Virus record (IMG/VR): IMGVR_UViG_3300023180_000017 | From: a virus | Direction: 5' to 3' (one strand) | Length of the DNA: 64,000 nucleotides | In this document: positions 18,631-28,194 of the stretch, one piece after another | Position numbering within the stretch: the stretch's first letter is position 1 | Layout: every line of letters begins with the position of its first letter | Made by a program: the position numbers and the translations under genes | Notes under the pieces: generated by a model | Database searches by the model: none | The model's input: the letters and a program-made list of their open reading frames with translations, nothing else | Told to the model about the DNA's origin: nothing

Positions 18631-19594
18631 AGAAGAGATTCCCGCAATTAACGAAAGTCTTAAAAAAACAAGACGAGCTGTTATTTGTTTTGGTTGCTCC
18701 TTTGCAGAGGGACAAGGCGCCGTGCCCTTTGAAATATATCAAAACTATGCACCACCTCAACAAGACTTTACTATGGTTTCCTGGAACGATATGCCTTATG
18801 AGCACAAAAAGGAAATCGCAGATAAGTATGGGGCAGAACTTTGTCCATATGGTCCTTCTAAAGACAATGTCTTTATTAACATGGCTCCAATAGAAAGACA
18901 AAACAACTACAGTGGAATTTTATGTAGAGAATTTTTGGATGGATGGACTCACATCAATTTTGGTATGAGGGGTAATGGTAATAGAGCAAGTATTAATAAT
19001 CTTTGGCACTATCCTGATCTTAGATTAGATCTTATAGATGAGGTTATTGTCATATACACTCCTGCAGGAATGGATCGATTTGATTTTGCTAGAAAAGACT
19101 TGCCAGATACAGGACACTTTACCCATACTACAATGTGGCCCCATAAGGATGCTCAACCTGAAGAAGATCCTAGAAAACCACTGTGGGATAGTTATGCGGA
19201 GTATCTTTACAGTCCAAGAATGGTTATCCAAGAACAAATATATAATATACATTACCTTATGTCTTGGATGAAGAATATTAAAAAACATCATTTTATAATG
19301 ACTCCTGCATATGATAGAGCATACGATAGAGGTGTTTGGTTATCAAAATGGTATATTGAACAAGAAATGGTTGATATGTTCCCTTGGGAAGCACACTTTA
19401 GACCTGGGGGACATCACACATTTATAGAATATGTTGAAGCAACTGAGGGCTTACCTTTATTAGGTTATTGGGGACTAAACGGTAAAGGTTCGCCTAAAGG
19501 ATATATAACACCCTGCTCGCATCCTGGCGTAGAAGGACACCGCGTATTCGCAAAAGCAATTTATGAGAAATTAAGAAATGAACAAAGAATATAA
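18623..19594 (+). CDS. SGNH-like hydrolase
   Basis: CFGCSFAEG, NFGMRGNGN, SHPGVEGH. Confidence 0.7.
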   Translation: MFKEEIPAINESLKKTRRAVICFGCSFAEGQGAVPFEIYQNYAPPQQDFTMVSWNDMPYEHKKEIADKYGAELCPYGPSKDNVFINMAPIERQNNYSGILCREFLDGWTHINFGMRGNGNRASINNLWHYPDLRLDLIDEVIVIYTPAGMDRFDFARKDLPDTGHFTHTTMWPHKDAQPEEDPRKPLWDSYAEYLYSPRMVIQEQIYNIHYLMSWMKNIKKHHFIMTPAYDRAYDRGVWLSKWYIEQEMVDMFPWEAHFRPGGHHTFIEYVEATEGLPLLGYWGLNGKGSPKGYITPCSHPGVEGHRVFAKAIYEKLRNEQRI

Positions 19595-20498
19595 CCCACA
19601 TAGTTTTAATGATTTATTAGATATTATCCCCAATAAAAAGAGGGGAGAAGTTGGAGATAATAAAAGTTATTATATTAAACGTCCTTTTCCGGGATCTATA
19701 TTATTGGAAAAAGATTTTCCCCTAACATTCAATCAGTCAATAACAAGAGATTCTTTTGAATGGTGTGTTGGTGATACTGAAGAGGATTTTGAAACAAGAT
19801 TAAAAGATGCACCTGAAGACTGGAAGTATAGAGAAGAAAAAGTTAATTATATTTTAAATTCAAGCGGTTTTAGAGCCCCTGACTGGAAAGATGTAGATTG
19901 GGGGAACTCCATAGTATTACTAGGATGTTCTTGTGTATATGGTGTTGGGATAGATGATAGTGAAACACTTGACAAGTTTCTATCCAAGGAGCTAGGGCAC
20001 CCTGTAATTAACTTAGGTGTACCTGGTGGTTCTAACGAACTAATTTGTTTGATCTTAGCAAACTTATTAACCTACTTTAAAAAACCAAAAGCAATTTGTA
20101 TTGGCTGGACAACAACAGATAGAGCAATCTATTATCAGAAAGGAATGCACTATAACGTTGGACCTTGGGATATAGCAGAATACCCAGCTAGGAGCAATGT
20201 TTCTTCAAACGGTATTAATAGAACAGAACAATACTTAACTTTATTTTTAGATCCATACAATGAGATTGGAAAGGCTAATCAATGGGGAAAATTTGCTAAA
20301 GTTATGTGTGGTGATATACCTGAGTTTCAATGGAGTTGGTTTCAGGAATCAGCCCACGCTACAAGATCAACTTTTGTTCCTTGGTTATCTGAAGAACATG
20401 ATAAATGGGCAAAGGCTAGAGATTGCCAACATCCTGGAACAAAAACTATGGAACATACAGCCAAAGCTTTGGCTATGAAGTTATCACCTTTGTTATGA
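19578..20498 (+). CDS. SGNH-like hydrolase
   Basis: LNSSGFR, LLGCSCVYGVG, NLGVPGGSN, ARDCQHPG. Confidence 0.72.
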   Translation: MNKEYNPHSFNDLLDIIPNKKRGEVGDNKSYYIKRPFPGSILLEKDFPLTFNQSITRDSFEWCVGDTEEDFETRLKDAPEDWKYREEKVNYILNSSGFRAPDWKDVDWGNSIVLLGCSCVYGVGIDDSETLDKFLSKELGHPVINLGVPGGSNELICLILANLLTYFKKPKAICIGWTTTDRAIYYQKGMHYNVGPWDIAEYPARSNVSSNGINRTEQYLTLFLDPYNEIGKANQWGKFAKVMCGDIPEFQWSWFQESAHATRSTFVPWLSEEHDKWAKARDCQHPGTKTMEHTAKALAMKLSPLL

Positions 20499-21283
20499 TA
20501 TTAGATGTACATCTAGGAAAAAATGCAGAGTACACATTATCTTATAATATGTTTGATAATCGTGTGGCAGAAAGAATATGGCAAAGATTTAAGACATTTG
20601 ATCAGGAGTTTGTAAGTAGAGAACAATTCCATAATTTAGGTGAAACAAAAGAACAAATAGAAAGTAATATGTATTCTTGTGTTGATAAAATAAAAGAACT
20701 TTGTCCTGAGGTTTTTAAAGATGCAGATGATCTAAATACATTACATGTTAATTTTCCGGATATGATGAAAACAGCTCAAGGAGAATTAAGGGAACAGTTA
20801 AGTTCTTTTAATTATTACTTACACCATTTAGAAGATTTTGAAAGAGGTAAGGTTAAAGATCCTTGGTTTTTGTTAGCTGCAAAAAATGATGACGGCGAAC
20901 CTTTACAAGATGAAGATTATAAAATGTTCAATCCAATATACATGAAAGATCATCTTTATATGAACTATCCTCATATAGGAAAACATTTATTAGAAATATA
21001 TTATGATCAAGATTTAGATGTGCCTAAGGAACATATCAAACCCACAAGTCTACTTAAGAACACATTGGTTTGTTGGTTGGGAAGAGATGGAAAGCCTTGG
21101 AGAAGGGAGGCATTAACAAATAAAGTCAAAAATTATTGTAAGCAAATACAAGATAAATTGCCTTATGATATAGATGATAAACGTTTGGCTATAGGACACT
21201 TAGGATTGGGAAAACTAAATCACAAACCAGACTTATTGGCAGTATATAAATATCAGTATGTTCATAGCGTAACAGTACGCTAA
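20495..21283 (+). CDS. Hypothetical protein
   Basis: ATGA coupling at 20495; LNTLH...FNYYLHHLE suggests metal-binding His residues. Confidence 0.65.
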   Translation: MILDVHLGKNAEYTLSYNMFDNRVAERIWQRFKTFDQEFVSREQFHNLGETKEQIESNMYSCVDKIKELCPEVFKDADDLNTLHVNFPDMMKTAQGELREQLSSFNYYLHHLEDFERGKVKDPWFLLAAKNDDGEPLQDEDYKMFNPIYMKDHLYMNYPHIGKHLLEIYYDQDLDVPKEHIKPTSLLKNTLVCWLGRDGKPWRREALTNKVKNYCKQIQDKLPYDIDDKRLAIGHLGLGKLNHKPDLLAVYKYQYVHSVTVR

Positions 21284-21287
21284 TTTC

Positions 21288-21316
21288 TTGACAAATGAAT
21301 AAAAAGGAGTTATAAT
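21288..21316 (+). promoter_or_regulatory. Sigma70-type promoter
   Basis: TTGACA-17 nt-TATAAT. Confidence 0.75.
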
Positions 21317-21482
21317 GAATAAAGAAAACAACTATAAAGACAAACAAAAGGATATGACAGAATTAAATTCTGACGGCAATCCTGGAGTTGGTGAAGAGGG
21401 TGAAACTCTTGATGCTGAACAAGAAGCAATTAGAAAGCGAATTGAAGAATTAAGAAAAAGAGATCCTTTTATATACGAGTAA
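21315..21482 (+). CDS. 55-aa peptide ending RKRDPFIYE (missing from ORF track)
   Basis: AAGGAG 5 nt before ATG; MNKENNYKDKQKDMTELNSDGNPGVGEEGETLDAEQEAIRKRIEELRKRDPFIYE; stop 3 nt before next ATG. Confidence 0.75.
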   Translation: MNKENNYKDKQKDMTELNSDGNPGVGEEGETLDAEQEAIRKRIEELRKRDPFIYE

Positions 21483-21485
21483 ATT

Positions 21486-22991
21486 ATGAGTGATTATGAT
21501 GTCTCTGCAGATGTAGCTGAGAGACAACTGCGAAACATTTCTAAAACTATGTGCTATGCTAAATGGGCACAAGTTTCCTTGCATTTAACAAATGGCAGAA
21601 CACATAGCTGCTATCACCCACCTACACACGCAATAGACGTTAAAGAAATACAAGACAATCCGTCAGCACTTCACAACACAAAACAGAAAAAAGAAGAACG
21701 TAAGATGATGCTTGAAGGAAAGCGTCCTGAGGGTTGTTCATATTGTTGGAAGATTGAGGACGTTGGCGGAAGAAGCGATAGAATCTATAGAAGTGGTGAG
21801 TATTGGGCACAAAATGCTAGGAAGGATATTATACAAGCATTGAATGTTGATGACATCAATCCTCGTTATGTTGAGGTTAATTTTAATCAAGCATGTAACT
21901 TTAAATGTTCGTATTGTTCTCCACATTTATCCAATACGTGGGAAAAAGAAATAAAACAACACGGGCCTTATCATGTTTTAGATGATAAAGGACAGCCAAC
22001 AAAACATAATGACACTTCTCACTTAATAGATTTAATGCCTATTAAAGAGGCACAGGATGACAATCCATATATTCAGGCTTTTTGGAAATGGTGGCCCGAG
22101 CTTTATAAGACACTAGAAGTTTTTAGAATGACCGGGGGAGAACCATTAATGGACTCCAATACTTTTAAGGTATTAGATTACATTTATGAAAATCCTAATG
22201 CTTGGTTAGAAGTTAGTGTTACAAGCAACATGTGTCCTCCTAAAGATAAATTGATGGACAAGTTTATTGAAAAACTTAGAAAGCTAGAAGAGATACAAAT
22301 TTGGAAAAGTGAACGTTGGAACCCAGGTTCAGGTAATAATTGGTATGTGAACATGGCTGTTAAAAACTTTGCAGTGTTTGTTAGTTTAGATGGAGCCGGC
22401 AAACAAGCAGAGTATATTAGAAATGGTATGGATTATAATCTATTACAGGACAACGTTGAAAGAGTAATGTCAGAGACATGCAATACAACTTTAACCTTTA
22501 TTAATACTTTTAATAGCCTCAGTTTAACTAGCTTTAAAGAATTTTTGGAGTATATTTTAGAATTAAGAACGGCATATAGTCGAGAAAACCAGGGAGTTAA
22601 ATATATTCCTATCTATGATCAATACAATACACATCCAGATTATGAAATACACCCCAGACAAAGAATATGGTTTGATGTTCCTCTATTGAGAAACCCTTCT
22701 TGGCAATGTATTAATACTCTACCACAAGAGTTTGAGATATATTTAGAAGAAGCTATTAAGTTTATGGAGGAAAATTCTAATGTGGATAACTTTGCAGGAT
22801 TTTATGATTTTGAAATTGCAAAGGTTAAAAGAAACTTAGAGTGGATGAGAGAAAATAATATTTCTCAAGAAGATGCTGTTGTTGCTAGAAAAAACTTAGT
22901 TAGATTTTTTACACAGCATGATCAAAGAAGAGACACAGATTTTTTAGAGGTGTTTCCAGAGTTCACTGATTTATGGAGAAAATATCAATGA
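21486..22991 (+). CDS. Radical SAM protein with N-terminal Twitch-like cluster, paralogue of 14027..15517
   Basis: CNFKCSYC, TGGEPL; HSCYHP..H, ALHNT and RIxFD shared with the paralogue. Confidence 0.9.
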   Translation: MSDYDVSADVAERQLRNISKTMCYAKWAQVSLHLTNGRTHSCYHPPTHAIDVKEIQDNPSALHNTKQKKEERKMMLEGKRPEGCSYCWKIEDVGGRSDRIYRSGEYWAQNARKDIIQALNVDDINPRYVEVNFNQACNFKCSYCSPHLSNTWEKEIKQHGPYHVLDDKGQPTKHNDTSHLIDLMPIKEAQDDNPYIQAFWKWWPELYKTLEVFRMTGGEPLMDSNTFKVLDYIYENPNAWLEVSVTSNMCPPKDKLMDKFIEKLRKLEEIQIWKSERWNPGSGNNWYVNMAVKNFAVFVSLDGAGKQAEYIRNGMDYNLLQDNVERVMSETCNTTLTFINTFNSLSLTSFKEFLEYILELRTAYSRENQGVKYIPIYDQYNTHPDYEIHPRQRIWFDVPLLRNPSWQCINTLPQEFEIYLEEAIKFMEENSNVDNFAGFYDFEIAKVKRNLEWMRENNISQEDAVVARKNLVRFFTQHDQRRDTDFLEVFPEFTDLWRKYQ

Positions 22992-24424
22992 TAGAATGGG
23001 GCGTAGCAGCAGGCACGCATGACGGTTCTCTTACAGTAGTTAAGGACGATGAGATCGTATTTGCATCTCATTCGGAAAGATACAGTAGAGTTAAAAACGA
23101 TAAAGATTTAAATAATGTTATTGTAAAGGATGCACTAAAGTTTGGGTATCCTGATAAAATACATTGGTACGAAGATCCTAGTTGGAAGTTTTTAAGAAAA
23201 GTTTATGCTGGACAGAAAAACAGATGGTTAAATCCTGCAGTTTACATGAAACAATATGGCATTACAAAAACAAAAATTGAATGGGGTGATCATCACAAAT
23301 CCCACGCAGCGGCAGGCTACTATACTTCTAAATTTGATAAAGCAGCAATATTAGTAATAGATGCTATAGGAGAATTTACAACCACTTCTATATGGCAAGC
23401 CAACGGCAATAAAATGAAATGTAAAAAACGTTGGTATTACCCAAAGTCATTGGGATTGATGTATTCTGCATTTACTGATAGGGTAGGGCTAAAGGCAAAC
23501 GAAGACGAATATATTTTAATGGGTATGGCTGCTTACGGAGACCCTAATAAGTATTATAAAGACGTTGAATATCTTTGGAATTCTGGATTAAATTTTCATA
23601 GGGGCATTAGGCCTTGGCGTGCTGAGTTATATACAGAACAAGAATATTTTGACATTGCCGCTTCTGTACAAAAATTTTATGAATTTAAATTTACAGCGTT
23701 ATTAAAAGAAACAAAGAAAATAACAGGCGAGAAAAACATTGTTGTAATGGGAGGGTGTGCTTTAAATTGTTTGGCCAACAGATTGATATCACAATATTTT
23801 GATGAAAGTTGGATTATGCCTAACCCAGGTGATGCTGGTTCATCTTTGGGTGCTATACTAGCAAACAAAGGAGAAAAAATAAATTGGCAAGGTCCTTATC
23901 TAGGTTACAACATTGAGGGGGAATATCCTGTAAGTGAAGTTTTGGAAGAATTGGTTACCACTGGGATCTGCGGGGTGGCAAACGGCCGTGCTGAATTTGG
24001 GCCTCGTGCTTTGGGCAATCGCTCTCTGCTCGCTGATCCTAGAGGCATGGAAATGAAAGATAAAGTAAACAAGATTAAAAACAGACAAGAGTATAGACCC
24101 TTTGCTCCTGTTATTAGACTTGAAGATGTTCACAAAGAATTTAATGTTGAGGAAGGATTTAAGTCTCCATATATGCAATATATTGTAACTGCAAAGAGAC
24201 CTAAAAAGTATCCTGCTATTGTTCATCAAGACGGAACTAGCAGAGTTCAAACAGTTACAAAGGATGAGAATCCAGGGCTTTATAAGTTATTAACAAAGTG
24301 GAAAACTAAAACAAGATGTCCTATGTTGTTGAATACAAGTTTGAATATCAAAGGACAACCTATTGTAAACACTAAAGCTGATGCTATAGAATTTGAGAAA
24401 CATTACAAAGTAAAAGTTTTTTAA
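22988..24424 (+). CDS. Carbamoyltransferase (NodU/CmcH family)
   Basis: HDGS, ERYSRVKND, HHKSHAA, MGMAAYG, GGCALN, EFGPRALGNRSLL, RPFAP, HQDGTSRVQTV, LNTSLN. Confidence 0.95.
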   Translation: MIEWGVAAGTHDGSLTVVKDDEIVFASHSERYSRVKNDKDLNNVIVKDALKFGYPDKIHWYEDPSWKFLRKVYAGQKNRWLNPAVYMKQYGITKTKIEWGDHHKSHAAAGYYTSKFDKAAILVIDAIGEFTTTSIWQANGNKMKCKKRWYYPKSLGLMYSAFTDRVGLKANEDEYILMGMAAYGDPNKYYKDVEYLWNSGLNFHRGIRPWRAELYTEQEYFDIAASVQKFYEFKFTALLKETKKITGEKNIVVMGGCALNCLANRLISQYFDESWIMPNPGDAGSSLGAILANKGEKINWQGPYLGYNIEGEYPVSEVLEELVTTGICGVANGRAEFGPRALGNRSLLADPRGMEMKDKVNKIKNRQEYRPFAPVIRLEDVHKEFNVEEGFKSPYMQYIVTAKRPKKYPAIVHQDGTSRVQTVTKDENPGLYKLLTKWKTKTRCPMLLNTSLNIKGQPIVNTKADAIEFEKHYKVKVF

Positions 24425-24484
24425 AATTATTTTTCAAATATATTTATAAGCATTTTACAATTTTTGAAAGAAATAAATAATTTT

Positions 24485-24784
24485 ATGGGACAAGTATTAA
24501 AGTTTAAACCGGTACGGGCAAAAGAGATTCCGAAAAAGATTATCGGGTATCGGATGTCTTTCTATACTGAGGAACAAATAGACTTAGCTTTACTTGCTCT
24601 CAACATGTTTGGATTTAGAGAACTTAGGTACACAAGACAAACACTGAAGGGTGTTGAACCTAACTATATAAAACAGTGCTTACAAAAATTAAGGCATACA
24701 AGATTGTTATCTCATACAGCCTTAGAACTTTTAAAAACAATTTTAGAAAATATTGAAGAAATATATGACGAGAAGACAGGTTAA
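24485..24784 (+). CDS. Hypothetical protein
   Basis: ORF coupled to the next gene via TAATG. Confidence 0.6.
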   Translation: MGQVLKFKPVRAKEIPKKIIGYRMSFYTEEQIDLALLALNMFGFRELRYTRQTLKGVEPNYIKQCLQKLRHTRLLSHTALELLKTILENIEEIYDEKTG

Positions 24785-25098
24785 TGCCAATATATAATTT
24801 TATTAATAACGAAACCGGCGAAGTCGAAGAACATTGGATGAGCTGGAAAGACAAAGAACAATTTTTAGTAGACAATCCTAATATGGAGTCTATTATATTA
24901 AAGGCCCCCGGTCTCGTACAAGCAACAGGAGATCGTACAAAGCCACCATCGGGTTTTAAGGATGTTTTATCAAAGGTAGCCGAAGCTAACCCAACCAGCG
25001 ACCTAGCTAATACTTGGGGTAAAAAGGATGCCAAGTCTGCGAAAGTGAGAGAAGTAACTAATAAACTTAAGAAGAAATTAGGCAATTCTTCAGAGTAA
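24784..25098 (+). CDS. FmdB-like small protein
   Basis: MPIYNF..ETGEV N-terminus; GFKDVLSKV; position upstream of phoH. Confidence 0.65.
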   Translation: MPIYNFINNETGEVEEHWMSWKDKEQFLVDNPNMESIILKAPGLVQATGDRTKPPSGFKDVLSKVAEANPTSDLANTWGKKDAKSAKVREVTNKLKKKLGNSSE

Positions 25099-25141
25099 AG
25101 GAAAGAGTTATAAACAACTCTTATAACAACAACGTAAACTG

Positions 25142-25176
25142 AGGCGACATAGTCTAGTGCTTTGTCGCCTTTCTTT
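25142..25176 (+). terminator. Intrinsic terminator-like hairpin
   Basis: AGGCGACA...TGTCGCCT followed by TTCTTT. Confidence 0.5.
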
Positions 25177-25198
25177 CATAACCTAGACGGAGATCCAG

Positions 25199-25951
25199 AT
25201 GCCGAAAAGAAAACCACTTTCAGTCGTTCCTAATAATGATATAAGAAGAGAACCCCCTGTCAACAATCATTGTAAGATGAAAATTGATGACATGGCAACA
25301 TTCGATGCAATGACTGAAACGCAAGGACAATTTTTCTCATTATACAAACATCAAGACGCTTTTTTATTACACGGCTGCGCAGGAACAGGTAAAACATTTA
25401 TTGCCTTGTACCGAGCATTAGAACAAGTCTTGATGAAAGGTACATCTAACAATAAAGTAGTCATTGTTAGATCCGCAGTACCTTCTAGAGAGATTGGGCA
25501 CTTACCTGGTGATCAAGAGGAAAAAACAGAAGTATACACATTGCCATATCAACAAATGTGTAAGGACTTTTTTCCTCAAAAAGAAAAACCTTATCAAAGA
25601 TTGTTAGAGCAAAAGCATTTAGAGTTTATGTGTACATCTTTTGTTAGAGGTATTACATTAGACAATGCCATTATTATTGTTGACGAATGTCAGAATATGA
25701 ATGACATGGAAATCAACTCTATAATGACTAGGCTAGGACACAATTCTAAGATTATCTTTTGCGGTGATTTTAGGCAGACAGACTTATACAAAAGAAACGA
25801 TATGTCTGGACTAAAGAAGTTTATTCAAATTGCAGAGAATATGCCGTCCTTTAATCTATTAGAATTTACACCTGAGGACATTGTGAGATCTGATATGGTT
25901 AGAGAATATATTGAAGCAAGAATGGCATACGAAGATGCTCATGAGACTTGA
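25199..25951 (+). CDS. phoH: PhoH-family ATPase
   Basis: GCAGTGKT Walker A, IGHLPG, RGITLD, IIVDECQN, GDFRQTD, DIVRS. Confidence 0.95.
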   Translation: MPKRKPLSVVPNNDIRREPPVNNHCKMKIDDMATFDAMTETQGQFFSLYKHQDAFLLHGCAGTGKTFIALYRALEQVLMKGTSNNKVVIVRSAVPSREIGHLPGDQEEKTEVYTLPYQQMCKDFFPQKEKPYQRLLEQKHLEFMCTSFVRGITLDNAIIIVDECQNMNDMEINSIMTRLGHNSKIIFCGDFRQTDLYKRNDMSGLKKFIQIAENMPSFNLLEFTPEDIVRSDMVREYIEARMAYEDAHET

Positions 25952-25976
25952 CATATAAATAAAAAGAGTATATAAT
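25948..25976 (+). promoter_or_regulatory. Sigma70-type promoter with nested late box
   Basis: TTGACA-17 nt-TATAAT; spacer contains TATAAATA at 25954-25961. Confidence 0.75.
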
Positions 25977-25999
25977 TATTTTTTTAGGATGGGTAAAAT

Positions 26000-26608
26000 A
26001 TGAAAGCATTGCTTCTTGGGTGTGGGTCTAAGTCTGGATTGTACTTAGCCCACGCCCTAAAAGAATATTACAATGAACTGCACATTGTTACAAGTTCTGA
26101 TCCAGATATACAAGCTAAGATAATTAAAGTCAATTGGCAGGATATTTGTATTGAGGAATTGTTACAAGAGCTTGATAGTGAATACGATTTAGTTTATTAT
26201 AATCAAAACTGTTGGGGAGGACCTAATCAAGGAGCCTTCGATGCCTTTATTGCTTTAGAACAAGAATGGACAACAGGACTGTCAATAAACTGCTACTTGC
26301 CGTATCGTATATCACGTGAAATAAAATCTGATAAAACTATTTGGGTGACCTCTCCCTTTACAAGAATAAAAAATAGGGAATCGTTTGGTGGTAGTGAAAT
26401 GGCAGGGTATGCTAGCTATAAATCTACTATAATGCACCTTATGTTTTCTTTTGCGAAACATTCGGAAGGCATACATGTTGGTTACGAGCCACATCGTGTT
26501 ACTTTACATGAGAATTATGCCAAACATGTTGCTAAAGTTTTATTTGAATTGGATGAAGAATTCAACGGCAAGGTCATCAACGAAACCAAAAGTATAATGG
26601 AAGTATAA
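26000..26608 (+). CDS. Atypical short-chain dehydrogenase/reductase-like protein
   Basis: LLLGCGSKSG Rossmann-like start, YASYK (YxxxK). Confidence 0.6.
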   Translation: MKALLLGCGSKSGLYLAHALKEYYNELHIVTSSDPDIQAKIIKVNWQDICIEELLQELDSEYDLVYYNQNCWGGPNQGAFDAFIALEQEWTTGLSINCYLPYRISREIKSDKTIWVTSPFTRIKNRESFGGSEMAGYASYKSTIMHLMFSFAKHSEGIHVGYEPHRVTLHENYAKHVAKVLFELDEEFNGKVINETKSIMEV

Positions 26609-27723
26609 TGTGGGAATATGATAAAATAACGTCTTTGAACATTGAAGCATCTAGTCTCTGTAATGCCGAATGTCTTTTTTGTGCTAGATTTGAGGATCGA
26701 GGTTCTCCAAATTTAAATCCTAATATAACACTAACCTATATTAAAGCAGAAGACTTTAAAAATTGGCTATCTATAGAATTTCTTTCAAAGATCAATCACA
26801 TAACATTTTCTGGGGATTACGGAGACCCTATGACAAACCCAGAAATTATAGAAATACTAGAATATATCTTTGAAGCCAATCCAACAATGGTTGTAAATTT
26901 ATGTACCAACGGTGGAATGAAAAATACTGATTTTTGGACAAAACTTGGCAATGTAATGAAAAAAGATTCTAGACGTACTGTTACATTTTCCATAGACGGA
27001 TTAGAAGACACCAATCACTTATATCGAAGAAAGGTAAAGTGGGATAAGGTGATGGAAAATGTTAAGGCTTATTTAGATACCGGCGCTAGTGCTTTATGGG
27101 ATTTTTTAATCTTTGGATACAATGTACATCAAGTAGAAGAAGCTAAAAAATTAGCTGACGAACTTGGCTTTACAAAGTTCTATGCCAAAAATGCTAATGG
27201 CATGGGCGGAGAAGGAAATTTAATTGCTAAGGATAAGGAAGGTAATACACTTTATGAAGTAGAGCCCGCTCCAACATCAGTAACCTTTACTGAACGTCCT
27301 ATTGTATTCATAGGTATGGCAGAAGATCTGAATTACGAGAATATGAAGGAACAATATGAAACTAGATATAAGGATGAGCCAGGAGAGATTAAATGTTTTT
27401 CTGCAAGAAGTGGAAATCAGGAAATACGAATCAGTGCCTGGGGAGATGTACACCCATGTTGCCACATAGGAGCTTTTACAAGAATAGGATTTAAGTCCTC
27501 ACAGATCCTAAAAGTTCAAATCAAACATTACATGGACAAGCATGAGCTGTCTTTACACAAAAGACCCCTCAAAGAGATCCTAGAAAGCAAACCTTTCCAG
27601 TGGTTTGAAGACTCTTGGCAAGAGAAAAAATGTGCTATTTGTTGGAATTTGTGCGGTGTAAATGAGCAGAAAAAGACCCTCATGAACAGTATATTTGGCG
27701 AGGGAGACTACGGTAAGTCCTAA
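26608..27723 (+). CDS. Radical SAM protein with C-terminal SPASM/Twitch domain
   Basis: CNAECLFC, GDYGDP, TNGG, FSIDG, GDVHPCC, CAICWNLC. Confidence 0.9.
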   Translation: MWEYDKITSLNIEASSLCNAECLFCARFEDRGSPNLNPNITLTYIKAEDFKNWLSIEFLSKINHITFSGDYGDPMTNPEIIEILEYIFEANPTMVVNLCTNGGMKNTDFWTKLGNVMKKDSRRTVTFSIDGLEDTNHLYRRKVKWDKVMENVKAYLDTGASALWDFLIFGYNVHQVEEAKKLADELGFTKFYAKNANGMGGEGNLIAKDKEGNTLYEVEPAPTSVTFTERPIVFIGMAEDLNYENMKEQYETRYKDEPGEIKCFSARSGNQEIRISAWGDVHPCCHIGAFTRIGFKSSQILKVQIKHYMDKHELSLHKRPLKEILESKPFQWFEDSWQEKKCAICWNLCGVNEQKKTLMNSIFGEGDYGKS

Positions 27724-27741
27724 GTTATTGATTATATAACG

Positions 27742-27801
27742 AAAAAAAAGTCAAAAAAAGTCAAAAAAATGCTTGACAAATGATAGATTTAGTGCTATAA
27801 T
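27742..27801 (+). promoter_or_regulatory. Strong sigma70-type early promoter with phased A-tracts
   Basis: TTGACA(27773)-17 nt-TATAAT(27796), TG extension, three A7-8 tracts at 10-nt period upstream. Confidence 0.85.
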
Positions 27802-27834
27802 AGTAGTATGAAAAATAAAAGTGAGGACTTAAAA

Positions 27835-28194
27835 ATGGAAAACAAACTAGAATTAGCTGTACAGAAACTTTGTGATGATATCGTAGCACAACATAACGAA
27901 TCATATCCTACCTTAACTGGCTTTAATTGTACTTACAAGGCTGGTAGAAAGTTTATTAAAATCATCAGAGAGGACCGAGGTGGTTCCAGATCTGTTTGGG
28001 GTTTTATTAACTTAGCCCATGAGAAGTTCAAAGAAGGCGATGTACTTTTAGCTCAGAGTTGGGCAGGTCCAGCTCTTAACAAAGCTAGAGGTAACTTGTT
28101 CGAAGGTTATGAAATGAACAGTAGGCTACAATACGGACCTGGTTACTGTTCAGGTGTTATGGCAGGAACTCCAAGAGACGGGAGTTTTATTTAA
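27835..28194 (+). CDS. Conserved phage early hypothetical protein
   Basis: GRKFIKI..SVWGFI..GDVL..SW.GPA.NKARGN motif; GAGG RBS before ATG 27835. Confidence 0.7.
   Translation: MENKLELAVQKLCDDIVAQHNESYPTLTGFNCTYKAGRKFIKIIREDRGGSRSVWGFINLAHEKFKEGDVLLAQSWAGPALNKARGNLFEGYEMNSRLQYGPGYCSGVMAGTPRDGSFI

Noticed and set aside
25099-25198. Pho box upstream of phoH
   Set aside because: No CTGTCAT-like 11-nt tandem repeat recognisable.
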